The notes under the pieces are model-generated. The model saw only the letters and a program-made list of their open reading frames with translations, was not told where the DNA came from and made no database searches. The translations under genes were made by a program, and so were the position numbers. Of a stretch of DNA of 64,000 nucleotides, positions 51,065 to 61,735 are shown one piece after another. The DNA comes from Piscinibacter sp. (GTDB lineage: Bacteria; Pseudomonadota; Gammaproteobacteria; Burkholderiales; Burkholderiaceae_C), in the NCBI GenBank assembly GCA_044223035.1, contig JBGAMJ010000013.1, positions 1,253 to 65,252 on the forward strand, read 5' to 3'. Each line of letters begins with the position of its first letter. Positions within the stretch are counted from its first letter, which is position 1.

Positions 51065-52432
51065 ATGAAGCTCCCCCGCACCTTGCTCGCCTGGGCCACC
51101 GCCGTGCTGCTGGCGCCCGCCGCGCAGGCGCTGGACCTGGTGCAGGCCTGGCAAGGCGCGCAGCAGCATGCGCCCGATGCCGCCGCGGCCCAGGCGGCCC
51201 GCGCGGCCGGTGCGGCGCGCGGCGCCCAGGCCCGCGCGCTGTGGCGGCCCAGCGTGTTCGTCGAAGGCGGGGCCTCCTACGCCACGAGCGAAACCGCCAC
51301 CCGCGGCGCGCAGTTCTCGGCGCCGGGCTTCGGTCAGTCCAACGGCGTGGCCTTCGACACCTCGGTGACCGGCGGCACCGCCACGCGCTATGCCGTGGTG
51401 CTCAAGCAGCCGGTGTACAGCCGAGAGCGCAGCGCGCGCAGCCAGGCACTGGAGATCGCCGCGCAGGCATCGGAGTTGGAGTGGGCGCAATCGCGGCAGG
51501 CGCTGATGCTCGCCACCACCGAGGCCTATTTCAACGCCGCGCTGGCCGCCGAGCGGCTGCGACTGCTGCAGCGCCAGCAGCAGGCCGTGGACCAGGCGGC
51601 CACCGAGGCACGCGACCGCTTCCGCATCGGCGACCGGCCGGTGATCGACGTGCACGAAGCCACGGCCCGCGCCGCCGCGCTGCAGGCCGAGCGCCTGTCC
51701 GCCGACACGCAGCTGCAGCTGGCCCGCAGCGCGCTGGCCGACATCACCGGCCTGCCGGCCGATCCATCACCGCTGCCGCTGCCCGGCGAGTTGCGCATCG
51801 ACGAGCTCGGCACGCTGCCCGAATGGCTGGCGCGCGCCCAGCGCCGCAACCCGGGGCTGCAGCTCGCCGAGGCACAGCTGCACACTGCCGAAGCACAAGC
51901 CCGCGCCTCGAGCGCCGCCTTCTCGCCCACGGTGGACGTGGTGGCGCAGGTCGCGCGCGAACGGATCTCTGGCGACGGCGACTTCGGCATCGCCAGCAAC
52001 ACCAGCCGCAACGCCGCCATCGGCGTGCAACTGGCCGTGCCGCTGTACACCGGCGGGCTGCGCAGCGCGCAGAACGCCGAGAGCCGCGCCCTCGTGGACA
52101 AGGCCCGCGCCGAGCTGGAGCGCGCACGCCAGCAGGTGGCGCAGCAGACCCGCGCCGCCTGGCTCGACCTGGCCGTGGGCCAAAGCCAGGCGGGTGCGCT
52201 CGCCGCCGCGCTGCAGGCCAGCCAGACACGGCTCGACGCCACGCGCGTGGGCCTGCAGGCCGGCGACCGCACCACGCTCGACCTGCTGAATGCCGAGAAC
52301 GACGCGGCAGCCGCCGAACTGGCGCTGCTGCAGGCCCGCATCCACTTGCTCACCGCCCGGCTGCGCCTGGCCGCGATGGCCGGCGAACTCGACGACACGG
52401 CCTTGCAGCAGGCCAATGCACAGCTGCGCTGA
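51065..52432 (+). CDS. TolC-family outer-membrane efflux protein
   Basis: 455 aa from ATG 51065. Signal peptide (MKLPRTLLAWATAVLLAPAAQA) and two internal repeats of the coiled-coil/beta pattern (...RFRIGDRPVIDVHEA..., ...GLQAGDRTTLDLLNAEN...). Confidence 0.85.
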   Translation: MKLPRTLLAWATAVLLAPAAQALDLVQAWQGAQQHAPDAAAAQAARAAGAARGAQARALWRPSVFVEGGASYATSETATRGAQFSAPGFGQSNGVAFDTSVTGGTATRYAVVLKQPVYSRERSARSQALEIAAQASELEWAQSRQALMLATTEAYFNAALAAERLRLLQRQQQAVDQAATEARDRFRIGDRPVIDVHEATARAAALQAERLSADTQLQLARSALADITGLPADPSPLPLPGELRIDELGTLPEWLARAQRRNPGLQLAEAQLHTAEAQARASSAAFSPTVDVVAQVARERISGDGDFGIASNTSRNAAIGVQLAVPLYTGGLRSAQNAESRALVDKARAELERARQQVAQQTRAAWLDLAVGQSQAGALAAALQASQTRLDATRVGLQAGDRTTLDLLNAENDAAAAELALLQARIHLLTARLRLAAMAGELDDTALQQANAQLR

Positions 52433-52442
52433 TCCACCCTGA

Positions 52443-53744
<1,302 letters not shown>

Positions 53745-53757
53745 AGGAGGCGGCGCG

Positions 53758-54072
53758 ATGCAACTCGAAGCTCCGCAATGCGCCGAGGCGCTGGCCGCCG
53801 GCGCCTGGCTCATCGACGTGCGCGAGCCGCACGAGACCGCGCGCCTGGCCTTCGACCACCCGCATTGCGTGGCCATGCCGCTGAGCCAGTTCCAGCAGCG
53901 CTTCCACGAGCTGCCGCGCGACCGCCAACTGGTGCTGGCCTGCGCCAGCGGCGGCCGCAGCTTCCAGGCGGCGCAATTCCTGGTGCACCACGGCTACACG
54001 CAGGTGGCCAACCTGCAGGGCGGCATCGGCATGTGGGCAGCGCACGGCCTGCCCGTGCGACGCGGGAGCTGA
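53758..54072 (+). CDS. single-domain rhodanese sulfurtransferase
   Basis: 104 aa: ...LIDVREPHE..., active-site loop CASGGRS, ...LQGGIGMW... Confidence 0.85.
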   Translation: MQLEAPQCAEALAAGAWLIDVREPHETARLAFDHPHCVAMPLSQFQQRFHELPRDRQLVLACASGGRSFQAAQFLVHHGYTQVANLQGGIGMWAAHGLPVRRGS

Positions 54073-54075
54073 GCG

Positions 54076-54957
54076 ATGGACACGGCACTCCAGGTCGAAT
54101 CGTTCCACGACGCCGCCACCGGCACCTTCAGCCACCTGGTGCTCGACCCCGCCACGCGGCAATGCGCGCTGGTGGACACGGTGCTCGATTTCGATCCCAA
54201 GTCGGGCCGCACCGCCACCACCGGCGCCGACCGGCTGATCGCCCGCGTGCGCGAGCTGGGCGCGCAGCTGCAATGGCTGCTGGAGACGCACGTGCATGCC
54301 GACCATCTCTCGGCCGCGCCGTACATCCAGCAGGCGCTGGGCGGCAAGATCGGCATCGGCGACCGCATCACCACCGTGCAGGCCACCTTCGGCCGGCTGT
54401 TCAATGCCGGCCCGGAGTTCCAGCCCGACGGCAGCCCCTGCGACCGACTCTTCGCCAATGGCGAGACCTTCCACATCGGCGAGCTGCGCGTAAGCGTGCT
54501 GCACACGCCGGGCCACACGCCCGCCTGCACCACCTACGTCGTCAAGGGCGGCCGCGGGCCGGCCGCCGCCTTCATCGGCGACACCCTGTTCCGCCCCGAC
54601 TACGGCACCGCGCGCTGCGACTTTCCGGGTGGCAACGCCAATGCGCTGTACCGCTCGATCCACTTCCTGCTCTCGCTGACCAGCGACACGCGGCTGTACT
54701 TCTGCCACGACTATCCCGACGAAGGCGCCACGCCGCGCGCCTGGAGCACGGTGGAAGAGCAGCGCCATGCCAACGTGCACGTGCACGCCGGCGTGAGCGA
54801 GGAGGCTTTCGTTTCGATGTGCCGCGCGCGCGACGCCACGCTGCAGATGCCGGTGCTCATGCTGCCCGCGGTGCAGGTGAACATGCGCGCCGGGCGCCTG
54901 CCGCCGCCGGAAAGCAACGGCATCCGCTACCTCAAGATCCCTCTCGACGCGATCTGA
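54076..54957 (+). CDS. pdo: persulfide dioxygenase (MBL fold, ETHE1/Blh type)
   Basis: 293 aa with the canonical ETHVHADH, HTPGHTPAC and FIGDTLF motifs. Position between rhodanese and tauE matches known sqr-pdo clusters. Confidence 0.9.
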   Translation: MDTALQVESFHDAATGTFSHLVLDPATRQCALVDTVLDFDPKSGRTATTGADRLIARVRELGAQLQWLLETHVHADHLSAAPYIQQALGGKIGIGDRITTVQATFGRLFNAGPEFQPDGSPCDRLFANGETFHIGELRVSVLHTPGHTPACTTYVVKGGRGPAAAFIGDTLFRPDYGTARCDFPGGNANALYRSIHFLLSLTSDTRLYFCHDYPDEGATPRAWSTVEEQRHANVHVHAGVSEEAFVSMCRARDATLQMPVLMLPAVQVNMRAGRLPPPESNGIRYLKIPLDAI

Positions 54958-54968
54958 GCCCGCCGGCC

Positions 54969-55769
54969 ATGACGCAGCCCTTGTGGATCGCCTCGCTCGG
55001 TGCCCTGGTGGGCCTGGTGCTCGCGCTCACCGGCGCGGGCGGCGGCGCGATCGCGGTGCCGCTGCTGATGTTCGGCGCCGGGCTCTCGGTGCAGCAGGCC
55101 GCGCCGGTGTCGCTGGCGGCGGTGGGGCTGGCCGCGGTGCTGGGGGCGCTGCTGGGCTTGCGAGAGGGCGTGGTGCGCTACCGCGCGGCGCTGGTGATCG
55201 GCGCGGCCGGCATGGCGATGGCGCCGCTGGGCGTGATGCTGGCGCAGCGCCTGCCCGCCACGCCCGTGCTGAGCGCTTTCGCGGCGTTCATGCTGTTCAC
55301 CTCATGGCGCATGCTGCGCACTGCGGCCGCCACCATGCCCGGAACGCTCAGCCCCGCCTGCCAGCGCGCCCCCGGCGCACGCCAGCTGAGCTGGACGCCG
55401 CGCTGCGCCGCGGTGCTGGCGTCGGTGGGCGGTGTGTCGGGGCTGATGAGCGGCCTGCTGGGCATCGGCGGCGGCTTCGTCATCGTGCCGGCGCTGGAGC
55501 GCCGCACCAACCTCGACTTCGCCAGCATCCAGGCCACCTCGCTCACGGTGATCGCGCTGGTGGCGGCCAGCGGCTTCGCGGCTGCCGCCTGGCGCGGGAG
55601 CATCGCGCCGTTCACCGCCGCGCCCTTCGCGGCCGGCGCGGTGGCCGGCCTGCTGGCGGGGCGTCACCTCGCGCGCCGGCTGCCGCTGCGGCAGCTGCGC
55701 CGCGCCTTCGCGCTCGTGGCCGGCGGCACCGCCTTGTGGATCATCGCGCGCGCATGGGAGATCGCATGA
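54969..55769 (+). CDS. TauE/SafE-family sulfite/anion exporter
   Basis: 266 aa from ATG 54969, with a duplicated 4-TM pattern and the GAGGGAIAVPLL / GIGGGFVIVPAL motifs. Confidence 0.85.
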   Translation: MTQPLWIASLGALVGLVLALTGAGGGAIAVPLLMFGAGLSVQQAAPVSLAAVGLAAVLGALLGLREGVVRYRAALVIGAAGMAMAPLGVMLAQRLPATPVLSAFAAFMLFTSWRMLRTAAATMPGTLSPACQRAPGARQLSWTPRCAAVLASVGGVSGLMSGLLGIGGGFVIVPALERRTNLDFASIQATSLTVIALVAASGFAAAAWRGSIAPFTAAPFAAGAVAGLLAGRHLARRLPLRQLRRAFALVAGGTALWIIARAWEIA

Positions 55770-55945
55770 AGAACACCCTCGCCCGCCACCTGGCGGTGCT
55801 GCTCGTGGTGAAGCTGCTGCTGCTCACCGGCCTGTGGTTCGCCTTCGTGCGCGGCCAGGCCACGCACCCCGATGCCTCGCGCGTCACCGACCACCTGCTG
55901 AACGCCACACCCTCCCCCTCGTCTTCCTCACAAGAAACACCATGA
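55766..55945 (+). CDS. cydP: second CydP-like small membrane protein
   Basis: 59 aa: MKNTLARHLAVLLVVKLLLLTGLWFAFVRG..., a paralogue of 41650-41859. Its stop overlaps the following cydA-like ATG (ATGA). Confidence 0.6.
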   Translation: MKNTLARHLAVLLVVKLLLLTGLWFAFVRGQATHPDASRVTDHLLNATPSPSSSSQETP

Positions 55946-55987
55946 TCTCCGAGCAACTCGCCAACCTCTCGCGGCTGCAGTTCGCCG
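55942..55987 (+). pseudogene. cydA: 15-16-codon stub of a second cydA gene
   Basis: MISEQLANLSRLQFAE compares with cydA at 41653, (M)ISEQLVDLSRLQFAA. The frame then continues directly into IS66 transposase sequence. Confidence 0.6.
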
Positions 55988-57370
55988 AGACCATGGTCGA
56001 GGACGAGGCCAGCCTGCAGGCGCAGTTGGCCGAATTGCAGCGCGGCCTGCCCGAGATACCCAAGACGCCGAAGGCGCCACCGCGCAAACCGCGGCGCCAA
56101 GCGCTGCCAGAGCACCTGGAGCGCGTCGAGCACCGCCACGAGCCCGAGGACACCACCTGCCCGAACGCCGACTGCGGCCGCGCGATGCAGCGCATCGGCG
56201 AGGACGTCAGCGAGAAGCTGGACATCATCCCGGCGAAGTTCTTCGTGCACCGGCACATCTACGGCAAGTGGGCCTGCAGGTGCTGCCAGCTGCTGCGCCA
56301 GGAGCCGGCCGAGCCGGACGTGGTCGACGGTGGCATCCCGGCGGCCGGGCTGGTGGCGCACACGCTGATCAGCCGCTTCGTCGACCACCTGCCGTACTAC
56401 CGGCAGGCGCCGATCAACGCCCGCTCGGGCGTGCACACGCCGCGCTCGACGCTGGCGTCCTGGGGCGGCGCCGGCGGCGCATCGCTGGAGCCGCTGTTCG
56501 AGTTGCAACGGCGCTTCATCCTCAGTTGCCGGGTGCTGCACGCCGACGAGACGCCGCTGCCGCTGCTGGACCCGGGCGCGGGCAAGACCAAGAAGGTCTA
56601 CGTCTGGGCCTGGGCGCGCAGCCACCACGATCCGCACCCGGGCGTGGTCTACGAGTTCTGCCTGGGACGCGGGGCGCAGTACCCGAGTGGCCTTCCTCGG
56701 CGGCAAGGGGCCGCCATCGCCCGAGCCGGCATGGAACGGCACCTTGATCACCGACCAGTACGCCGGCTACAACGGCGTGCTCGACGCCAAGGTCTACCCG
56801 CAGCGCAAGTCGGCGGCGTGCGCGGCACACGCCCGGCGCCGCTTCGAGGAGCTCAGCCGCGGCCGCCACAGTGCCAGCGCGGTGGCCACCGAGGCGATGC
56901 TGCGCTGGACCCGGATCTACCGGGCCGAGGCGGCCTTCGCCGAGATGGGCTGCGAGGAGCGTGGGCACGCCCGTCAGGTGCTGAGCCGGCCGCTGTGGGA
57001 GGAGTTCGAGGTGTGGCTGAAGCTGCAGCGCACGCAGGTGCCGGACGGCACCAAGATCGCCGAGGCCATCGACTACAGCCTGAACGCCTGGAAGGCGCTG
57101 ACGCTGCACCTGGACGACGGGGCGGTGGCCATCGACAACAACCTGATCGAGCGGCAGATCAAGCCCTGGAAGCTGGGTGCCAAGAACTGGCTGTTCGCCG
57201 GCAGCGCACTGGCCGGGCAGCGCGCTGCGGTGGTGATGAGCCTGGTGCAGTCGGCCAAGCTCAACGGCCTGGATCCGTGGGCCTACCTGCGCGACGTGCT
57301 GGTGCGCATCCACGCGCATCCGAGCCACCGGCTCGACGAACTGCTACCGCACCGCTGGCGGCCGGCCTGA
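55988..57370 (+). pseudogene. IS66-family transposase (TnpC), 5'-truncated and frameshifted near 56686
   Basis: ...PEDTTCPNADCGRAMQRIGEDVSEKLDIIPAKFFVHRHIYGKWACRCC... (zinc finger), ...LHADETPLPLLDPGAGKTKK.YVWAW..., then in a different frame ...LITDQYAGYNGV..., ...IDNNLIERQIKPWKLGAKNWLFAGS... Confidence 0.8.
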
Positions 57371-57372
57371 AG

Positions 57373-57876
57373 ATGGGACTGATCACGCAATCGGTGATCG
57401 TGCAGGCCGCCATCGATGTCAACCGCATGGGCCAGGCACAGAAGGTGGCGCTGGCCGACGAGATCTTCCTGCAGCAGCCGAACATGCTCGCCTCGATCCT
57501 GGTGCTGCCACGCATGGCGGTGGGCAAGGTGCAGTTGGAGGTGCCAATCCACATCCTGCTCGTCACGTTCCAGGCGATGAAGCTCAGCGGGCACAAGTGG
57601 CCCATCGTCACCGAGGACATCCAAGACGGATGCCTGCAGCGCCTGACGGCCCGTGCGCGCTTCAACGAAGGGTTGCCGGGCGACCTGGCCACCCAAGTCG
57701 TCCAGCAGTTCTGCGACGAGCATCGCGAGCGCTACCTGCTGGCCTTCGTCTACGGCCACCTCCGCGACCACGACTTGCTTGCCGTGCGCACCGAGGCCGA
57801 GAAGTACCTCCTGATGGGCGCCCTCAACCTCGTGGAGTGCGTCGCCTTCGTCGGATCTGCCGCTGCGGCTCGGTGA
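57373..57876 (+). CDS. hypothetical protein (167 aa) tightly following IS66 tnpC
   Basis: Balanced, helical-looking composition (MGLITQSVIVQAAIDVNRMGQAQKVALADEIFLQQPNMLASILVL...). ATG is 2 nt after the tnpC stop. No domain recognised. Confidence 0.45.
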   Translation: MGLITQSVIVQAAIDVNRMGQAQKVALADEIFLQQPNMLASILVLPRMAVGKVQLEVPIHILLVTFQAMKLSGHKWPIVTEDIQDGCLQRLTARARFNEGLPGDLATQVVQQFCDEHRERYLLAFVYGHLRDHDLLAVRTEAEKYLLMGALNLVECVAFVGSAAAAR

Positions 57877-57895
57877 TCACGGACGCGCACTCGAG

Positions 57896-58216
57896 TCAAG
57901 ATGGAGTGGCCGGACGCTCACCGCTGACCGATGCCGCACGCGCCTCCACGCGCACCTCCGCCGTACTCGCCGCCAGCGCAGCGGCCACGAATCCCGCCGG
58001 CGCCTCTCGCGCCGCCGACTCGCCCGTCACGCCCTGCAGCCGCGCACGCCAACGCCTTGCGTGCCCGCACCAACTCGCCAGGTCGCGCAGCCCCACGCCA
58101 TGGGCCGCCGCCCACGCGCTGGCCTTCTGCCCCGACGCCTCGTATGCGTCCACCACCGCCAGACAGCTCTCGATTCGCTCTCGTTCCTTCGTCATCTCGG
58201 CCCCCGCGTCGTTCAA
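57896..58216 (-). pseudogene. IS66-family TnpA-like accessory gene, 3'-truncated (a second IS66 copy in opposite orientation)
   Basis: ...CLAVVDAYEASGQKASAWAAAHGVGLRDLASWCGHARRWRARL... fits the IS66 orf1 HTH pattern. Its last codons are encoded by an IS66-end-like sequence at 57901-57921. Confidence 0.45.
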
Positions 58217-58253
58217 CGCCGCCAGCTTCCCAGCCTTGCGATCGACGGTGAAT

Positions 58254-58274
58254 ATGGATTCGCGGAACGCTTAC
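58254..58274 (-). repeat. IS66-type terminal inverted repeat (GTAAGCG... on the minus strand)
   Basis: Minus strand starts GTAAGCGTTCCGCGAATCCAT at 58274, and GTAAGCG is the usual IS66 terminus. A related sequence (16 of 21 matches) in the same plus-strand orientation lies at 57901-57921. Confidence 0.5.
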
Positions 58275-58369
58275 GATGCAGCGGTAGTCGTCGTCGACGG
58301 CGTGTTCATGCGGGGCACCGAACCCACGACGGCGCGCAGGTTCAAGCCCGTGCTGGTCAGCGGCCTGTA

Positions 58370-59089
58370 TCAGGCGCCCAGGTAGGCTTCCTGCACGCGC
58401 GGCTCGGCCAGCAGGCCCGAGCCGCTGCCTTCGAGCACGATGCGCCCGGTCTCCAGCACGTAGCCGCGGTGGGCGATCTTCAGCGCCTGCCGCACGTTCT
58501 GCTCGACCAGGAAGATCGTCAGCCCCTGGGCGTTGATCTCGCGCAGCGTGCGAAAGATGCCTTGCACGACGATCGGCGCGAGCCCCATCGAGGGCTCGTC
58601 GAGCAGCAGCACGCGCGGGCGCGCCATCAGCGCGCGGCCGATGGCGAGCATCTGCTGCTCGCCGCCCGAGAGGTTGCCGGCGAGGCCGGCCTCGCGCTCC
58701 TTCAGACGCGGGAACAGCGTATAGACGCGCTCCAGGTCGCGCGCGCGCTCGCCGGCGCTGTCGCGCCGTGTGTAGGCGCCGAGCTCGAGGTTCTCGCGCA
58801 CGCTCAGCGTCGTCAGCGTCGCCCGCCCTTCGGCCACCTGAACGACGCCGGCGGACACGATCTTGTGCGGGGCCAGGCGGCCGATGTCGCGCCCCTCGAA
58901 GAGCACGCGGCCCGACGCCTTGGGCACCAGCCCCGACAGCGCCATCAGCGTGGTCGACTTGCCGGCGCCGTTGGCGCCCACCAGGGCGGTGATCTGGCCC
59001 GCCTGCAGTTCCAGGCTGATGCCCTTGACTGCCTCGATGTGGCCGTAGTTCACGGCCAGGTCCTGGACCGACAGCAGGCCCTGGGTCAT
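58370..59089 (-). CDS. livF: branched-chain amino acid ABC transporter ATP-binding protein LivF
   Basis: 239 aa from ATG 59089: GANGAGKSTTL, LSGGEQQMLAIGRAL, LLLDEPSMGLAP. Confidence 0.9.
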   Translation of the reverse strand: MTQGLLSVQDLAVNYGHIEAVKGISLELQAGQITALVGANGAGKSTTLMALSGLVPKASGRVLFEGRDIGRLAPHKIVSAGVVQVAEGRATLTTLSVRENLELGAYTRRDSAGERARDLERVYTLFPRLKEREAGLAGNLSGGEQQMLAIGRALMARPRVLLLDEPSMGLAPIVVQGIFRTLREINAQGLTIFLVEQNVRQALKIAHRGYVLETGRIVLEGSGSGLLAEPRVQEAYLGA

Positions 59090-59883
59090 GCCGTGGCTCC
59101 GGCCGCCGCCGCGGCGTCCGGCTCGTCCTCGTCGTCGCGGCCGAGATAGGCTTCGATCACCTGCGGATCGTTGCGGATCTGCTCGGGCCCGCCCAGCGCG
59201 ATGATGCGGCCGAAGTTGAGCACGGCGATCTGCTCGCACAGGCCCATCACGAAGCGCATGTCGTGCTCGATCATGAAAATCGTGTAGCCGCGGTCGCGGA
59301 TGTTGACGATCTCGCGCATCAGCTCGGTCTTCTCGGCGCTGTTCATGCCGGCCACCGGCTCGTCGAGCAGTAGCAGCGTCGGCTCCGTGGCGAGCGCACG
59401 CGCCAGCTCGAGCTTGCGCTGCTCGCCGTAGGACAGGTTGTCGGCGAGCTCGTCGGTCTTGTGGTCCAGCCGCATCCAGCTCAGCAGCTCGCGCGCGCGC
59501 TCGCGGGCCCGTCGCTCGTCGGCGCGGAAAGCCGGCAGCGACAGCAGCGTCGACGGCCAGCCGGCGTGCAGGTGCCGGTGCATGCCGACGACGACGTTGT
59601 CCAGCAGGCTCATCTCCTTGAAGACGCGGATGTTCTGGAAGGTGCGTGCGATGCCCGCCTGCGTGATGCGGTGGGTGGGCTGGCCGACGAGGCTGCGCCC
59701 GTCGAAGCGAATCTCCCCGGATGTCGGCGCGAGCAGGCCGGTGACGAGGTTGAAGACGGTCGTCTTGCCCGCGCCGTTGGGGCCGATGAGTCCGAAGATG
59801 CGCCCCGGCGGCACGCTCAGCGTCACGTCCTGCAGCACCTTCAGGCCGCCGAAGTGGCGCGAGACGGAAGTCAGTTCCAGCAT
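59086..59883 (-). CDS. livG: branched-chain amino acid ABC transporter ATP-binding protein LivG
   Basis: 265 aa: GPNGAGKTTVFN, LSYGEQRKLELARAL, LLLDEPVAGMN. Acidic C-terminal extension. Confidence 0.9.
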   Translation of the reverse strand: MLELTSVSRHFGGLKVLQDVTLSVPPGRIFGLIGPNGAGKTTVFNLVTGLLAPTSGEIRFDGRSLVGQPTHRITQAGIARTFQNIRVFKEMSLLDNVVVGMHRHLHAGWPSTLLSLPAFRADERRARERARELLSWMRLDHKTDELADNLSYGEQRKLELARALATEPTLLLLDEPVAGMNSAEKTELMREIVNIRDRGYTIFMIEHDMRFVMGLCEQIAVLNFGRIIALGGPEQIRNDPQVIEAYLGRDDEDEPDAAAAAGATA

Positions 59884-59893
59884 GGCAGGCGGC

Positions 59894-60757
59894 TCAGGGG
59901 CGGGCGCCGCGGCCGGCGAGGCGGCGCAGCCGCGCCGGATCCCACAGCCCGCGCGGCAGGAACAGCACGATCACCACCAGGATCAGGCCGTTGGCCATCA
60001 GCCGCCAGTCGTGCAGGCTGCGCAGCAGCTCGGGCAGCAGCGTCACGATCAGCGCACCCATGACCGGCCCCATCAGGCCGTGGATACCGCCCAGGATCGT
60101 CATCGTCAGGATCTCGACGCCGCGGTCGAAGCCGAACTCGTTGGGGCCGATGAAGAAGGTCAGGTGCGCGTTGAGGGTGCCGGCCAGCCCGGCCAGGGCC
60201 GCACCCAGCACGAAGGCCAGCATCTTGTGCGCGTTGACGTCGATACCCATCAGGCCGGCAGCGGTCTCGTCCTCCTTGATCGCCTCGAAGGCGCGGCCGA
60301 CCTTGCTGCCGCGCAGGCGCGCCAGCACGAACAGCACGAGCAGCAGCGCCGCGAGCACGTGCCACCATTGCGTGAGCTGCGGGATGCCGTTCAGGCCCAA
60401 CGCTCCGCCCGTCAGCGATTCGGTGTTCAGGATCGCGATGCGCACGACCTCGCCGAAGGCCAGCGTCGCCATCGCCAGGTACACGCCGGACAGTCGCAGC
60501 GTGGGCTTGCCGATGACCCAGGCCACCAGTGCGGGCGCGGCCACGCCGCCGGCGATCGCCAGCGGGAACGGAACGCCGGCATTCATCGTCAGCAGCGCCG
60601 AAGCGTAGGCGCCGATGCCCATGAACGCGGCGTTGGCCATCGCCAGCAGGCCGCAGGACAGCGTCAGGTAGATCGAAAGGGCCAGCAGCGCGTTGGTGCC
60701 CAAGGTGAGCACCAGGTTGCTGTAGACCGACCAGAAGTTGGACAGCGCGTCGATCAT
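59894..60757 (-). CDS. livM: branched-chain amino acid ABC transporter permease (LivM type)
   Basis: 287 aa multi-pass protein: ...LSCGLLAMANAAFMGIGAYASAL..., ...YLAMATLAFGEVVRI... Confidence 0.88.
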   Translation of the reverse strand: MIDALSNFWSVYSNLVLTLGTNALLALSIYLTLSCGLLAMANAAFMGIGAYASALLTMNAGVPFPLAIAGGVAAPALVAWVIGKPTLRLSGVYLAMATLAFGEVVRIAILNTESLTGGALGLNGIPQLTQWWHVLAALLLVLFVLARLRGSKVGRAFEAIKEDETAAGLMGIDVNAHKMLAFVLGAALAGLAGTLNAHLTFFIGPNEFGFDRGVEILTMTILGGIHGLMGPVMGALIVTLLPELLRSLHDWRLMANGLILVVIVLFLPRGLWDPARLRRLAGRGARP

Positions 60758-60781
60758 CCCGGGGCCCTGTGCATCATCGGC

Positions 60782-61663
60782 TCAGACCTTGCGTTCCTGC
60801 AGGCTGCCGAACAGGCCCTTGGGCCGCACCAGCAACACGAGGAACAGCAGGCCGAAGGCCACCGCGTCGCGCATCGTCGAGCCGATGTAGGCCACCGACA
60901 GCACCTCGGCGAAGCCGAGGAACAGGCCCGCCAGCATCGCGCCGCGGATGTCGCCCATGCCGCCCAGGATGATCACCGCGATGCCCTTGTGCAGCACCGG
61001 CTGCCCCATCAGCGGGAACAGCGCGTTCGAGTACAGGCCGATCAGCACCCCGGCCACGCCGCCCAGCCCGGCGGCGGCGAACGAGGTCAGCATGAACAGG
61101 CCCTCGACGTCGATGCCCAGCAGCAGCGCCGCCTTGGGCGACTCGGCGATCGCGCGCAGCGCCCGCCCGAGCTGCGTCTTCTTCAGCGTCAGCAGCAGCA
61201 CCGTCATCAGCGCGAACGACAGCAGCACGATGCCGAGTTCGAGCGCGGTCACGTCCAGGCCGGCCAGGTGCAGCGTCTCCTGGGGCAGCAGCTCGGGCGG
61301 AAAGCGCCGGTTCTCGGCGCCGAACAGGCCCTGCGCCAGGCTGTTCAGCGCGATGCCCAGGCCGATCGTGGCGATCATCGGGATCAGGTGCGGTGCACCG
61401 CGCGCGCGCAGCGGCCGCAGCACCAGGACATCGACCAGCAGGCCCACCAGCCCCGAGAACACGAAGGCGAAGGCGAGCGCCGCCCAGAGCGGAAAGTGCA
61501 GCAGCGTCGCGGCCTGCAGTGCCGCGTAGGCGCCGAGCATGAACACCGCGCCGTGCGACAGGTTGATCACGCCGAGCACGCCGAACACGAGCGTGAATCC
61601 GAGCGCGAAGAGCGCGTAGACGCCCCCGAGCGACAAGGCGTTGAAGAGCTGCTGGGCCAGCAT
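60782..61663 (-). CDS. livH: branched-chain amino acid ABC transporter permease (LivH type)
   Basis: 293 aa from ATG 61663: MLAQQLFNALSLGGVYALFALGFTLVFGVLGVINLSHGAVFMLGAY... Confidence 0.9.
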   Translation of the reverse strand: MLAQQLFNALSLGGVYALFALGFTLVFGVLGVINLSHGAVFMLGAYAALQAATLLHFPLWAALAFAFVFSGLVGLLVDVLVLRPLRARGAPHLIPMIATIGLGIALNSLAQGLFGAENRRFPPELLPQETLHLAGLDVTALELGIVLLSFALMTVLLLTLKKTQLGRALRAIAESPKAALLLGIDVEGLFMLTSFAAAGLGGVAGVLIGLYSNALFPLMGQPVLHKGIAVIILGGMGDIRGAMLAGLFLGFAEVLSVAYIGSTMRDAVAFGLLFLVLLVRPKGLFGSLQERKV

Positions 61664-61735
61664 GGCGGGGTGGGTGCGAAGCGGTGCGGAACCCGGGCCG
61701 CGGCCCCGTGCGCGGGCCCGCGGCACCCGGGCAGG

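Noticed and set aside
55834-57876. Apparent single 680-aa ORF
   Set aside because: It is a chimera of four things kept open by GC content: the cydA stub, truncated IS66 tnpC, an out-of-frame stretch after the 56686 frameshift, and the separate 167-aa ORF.
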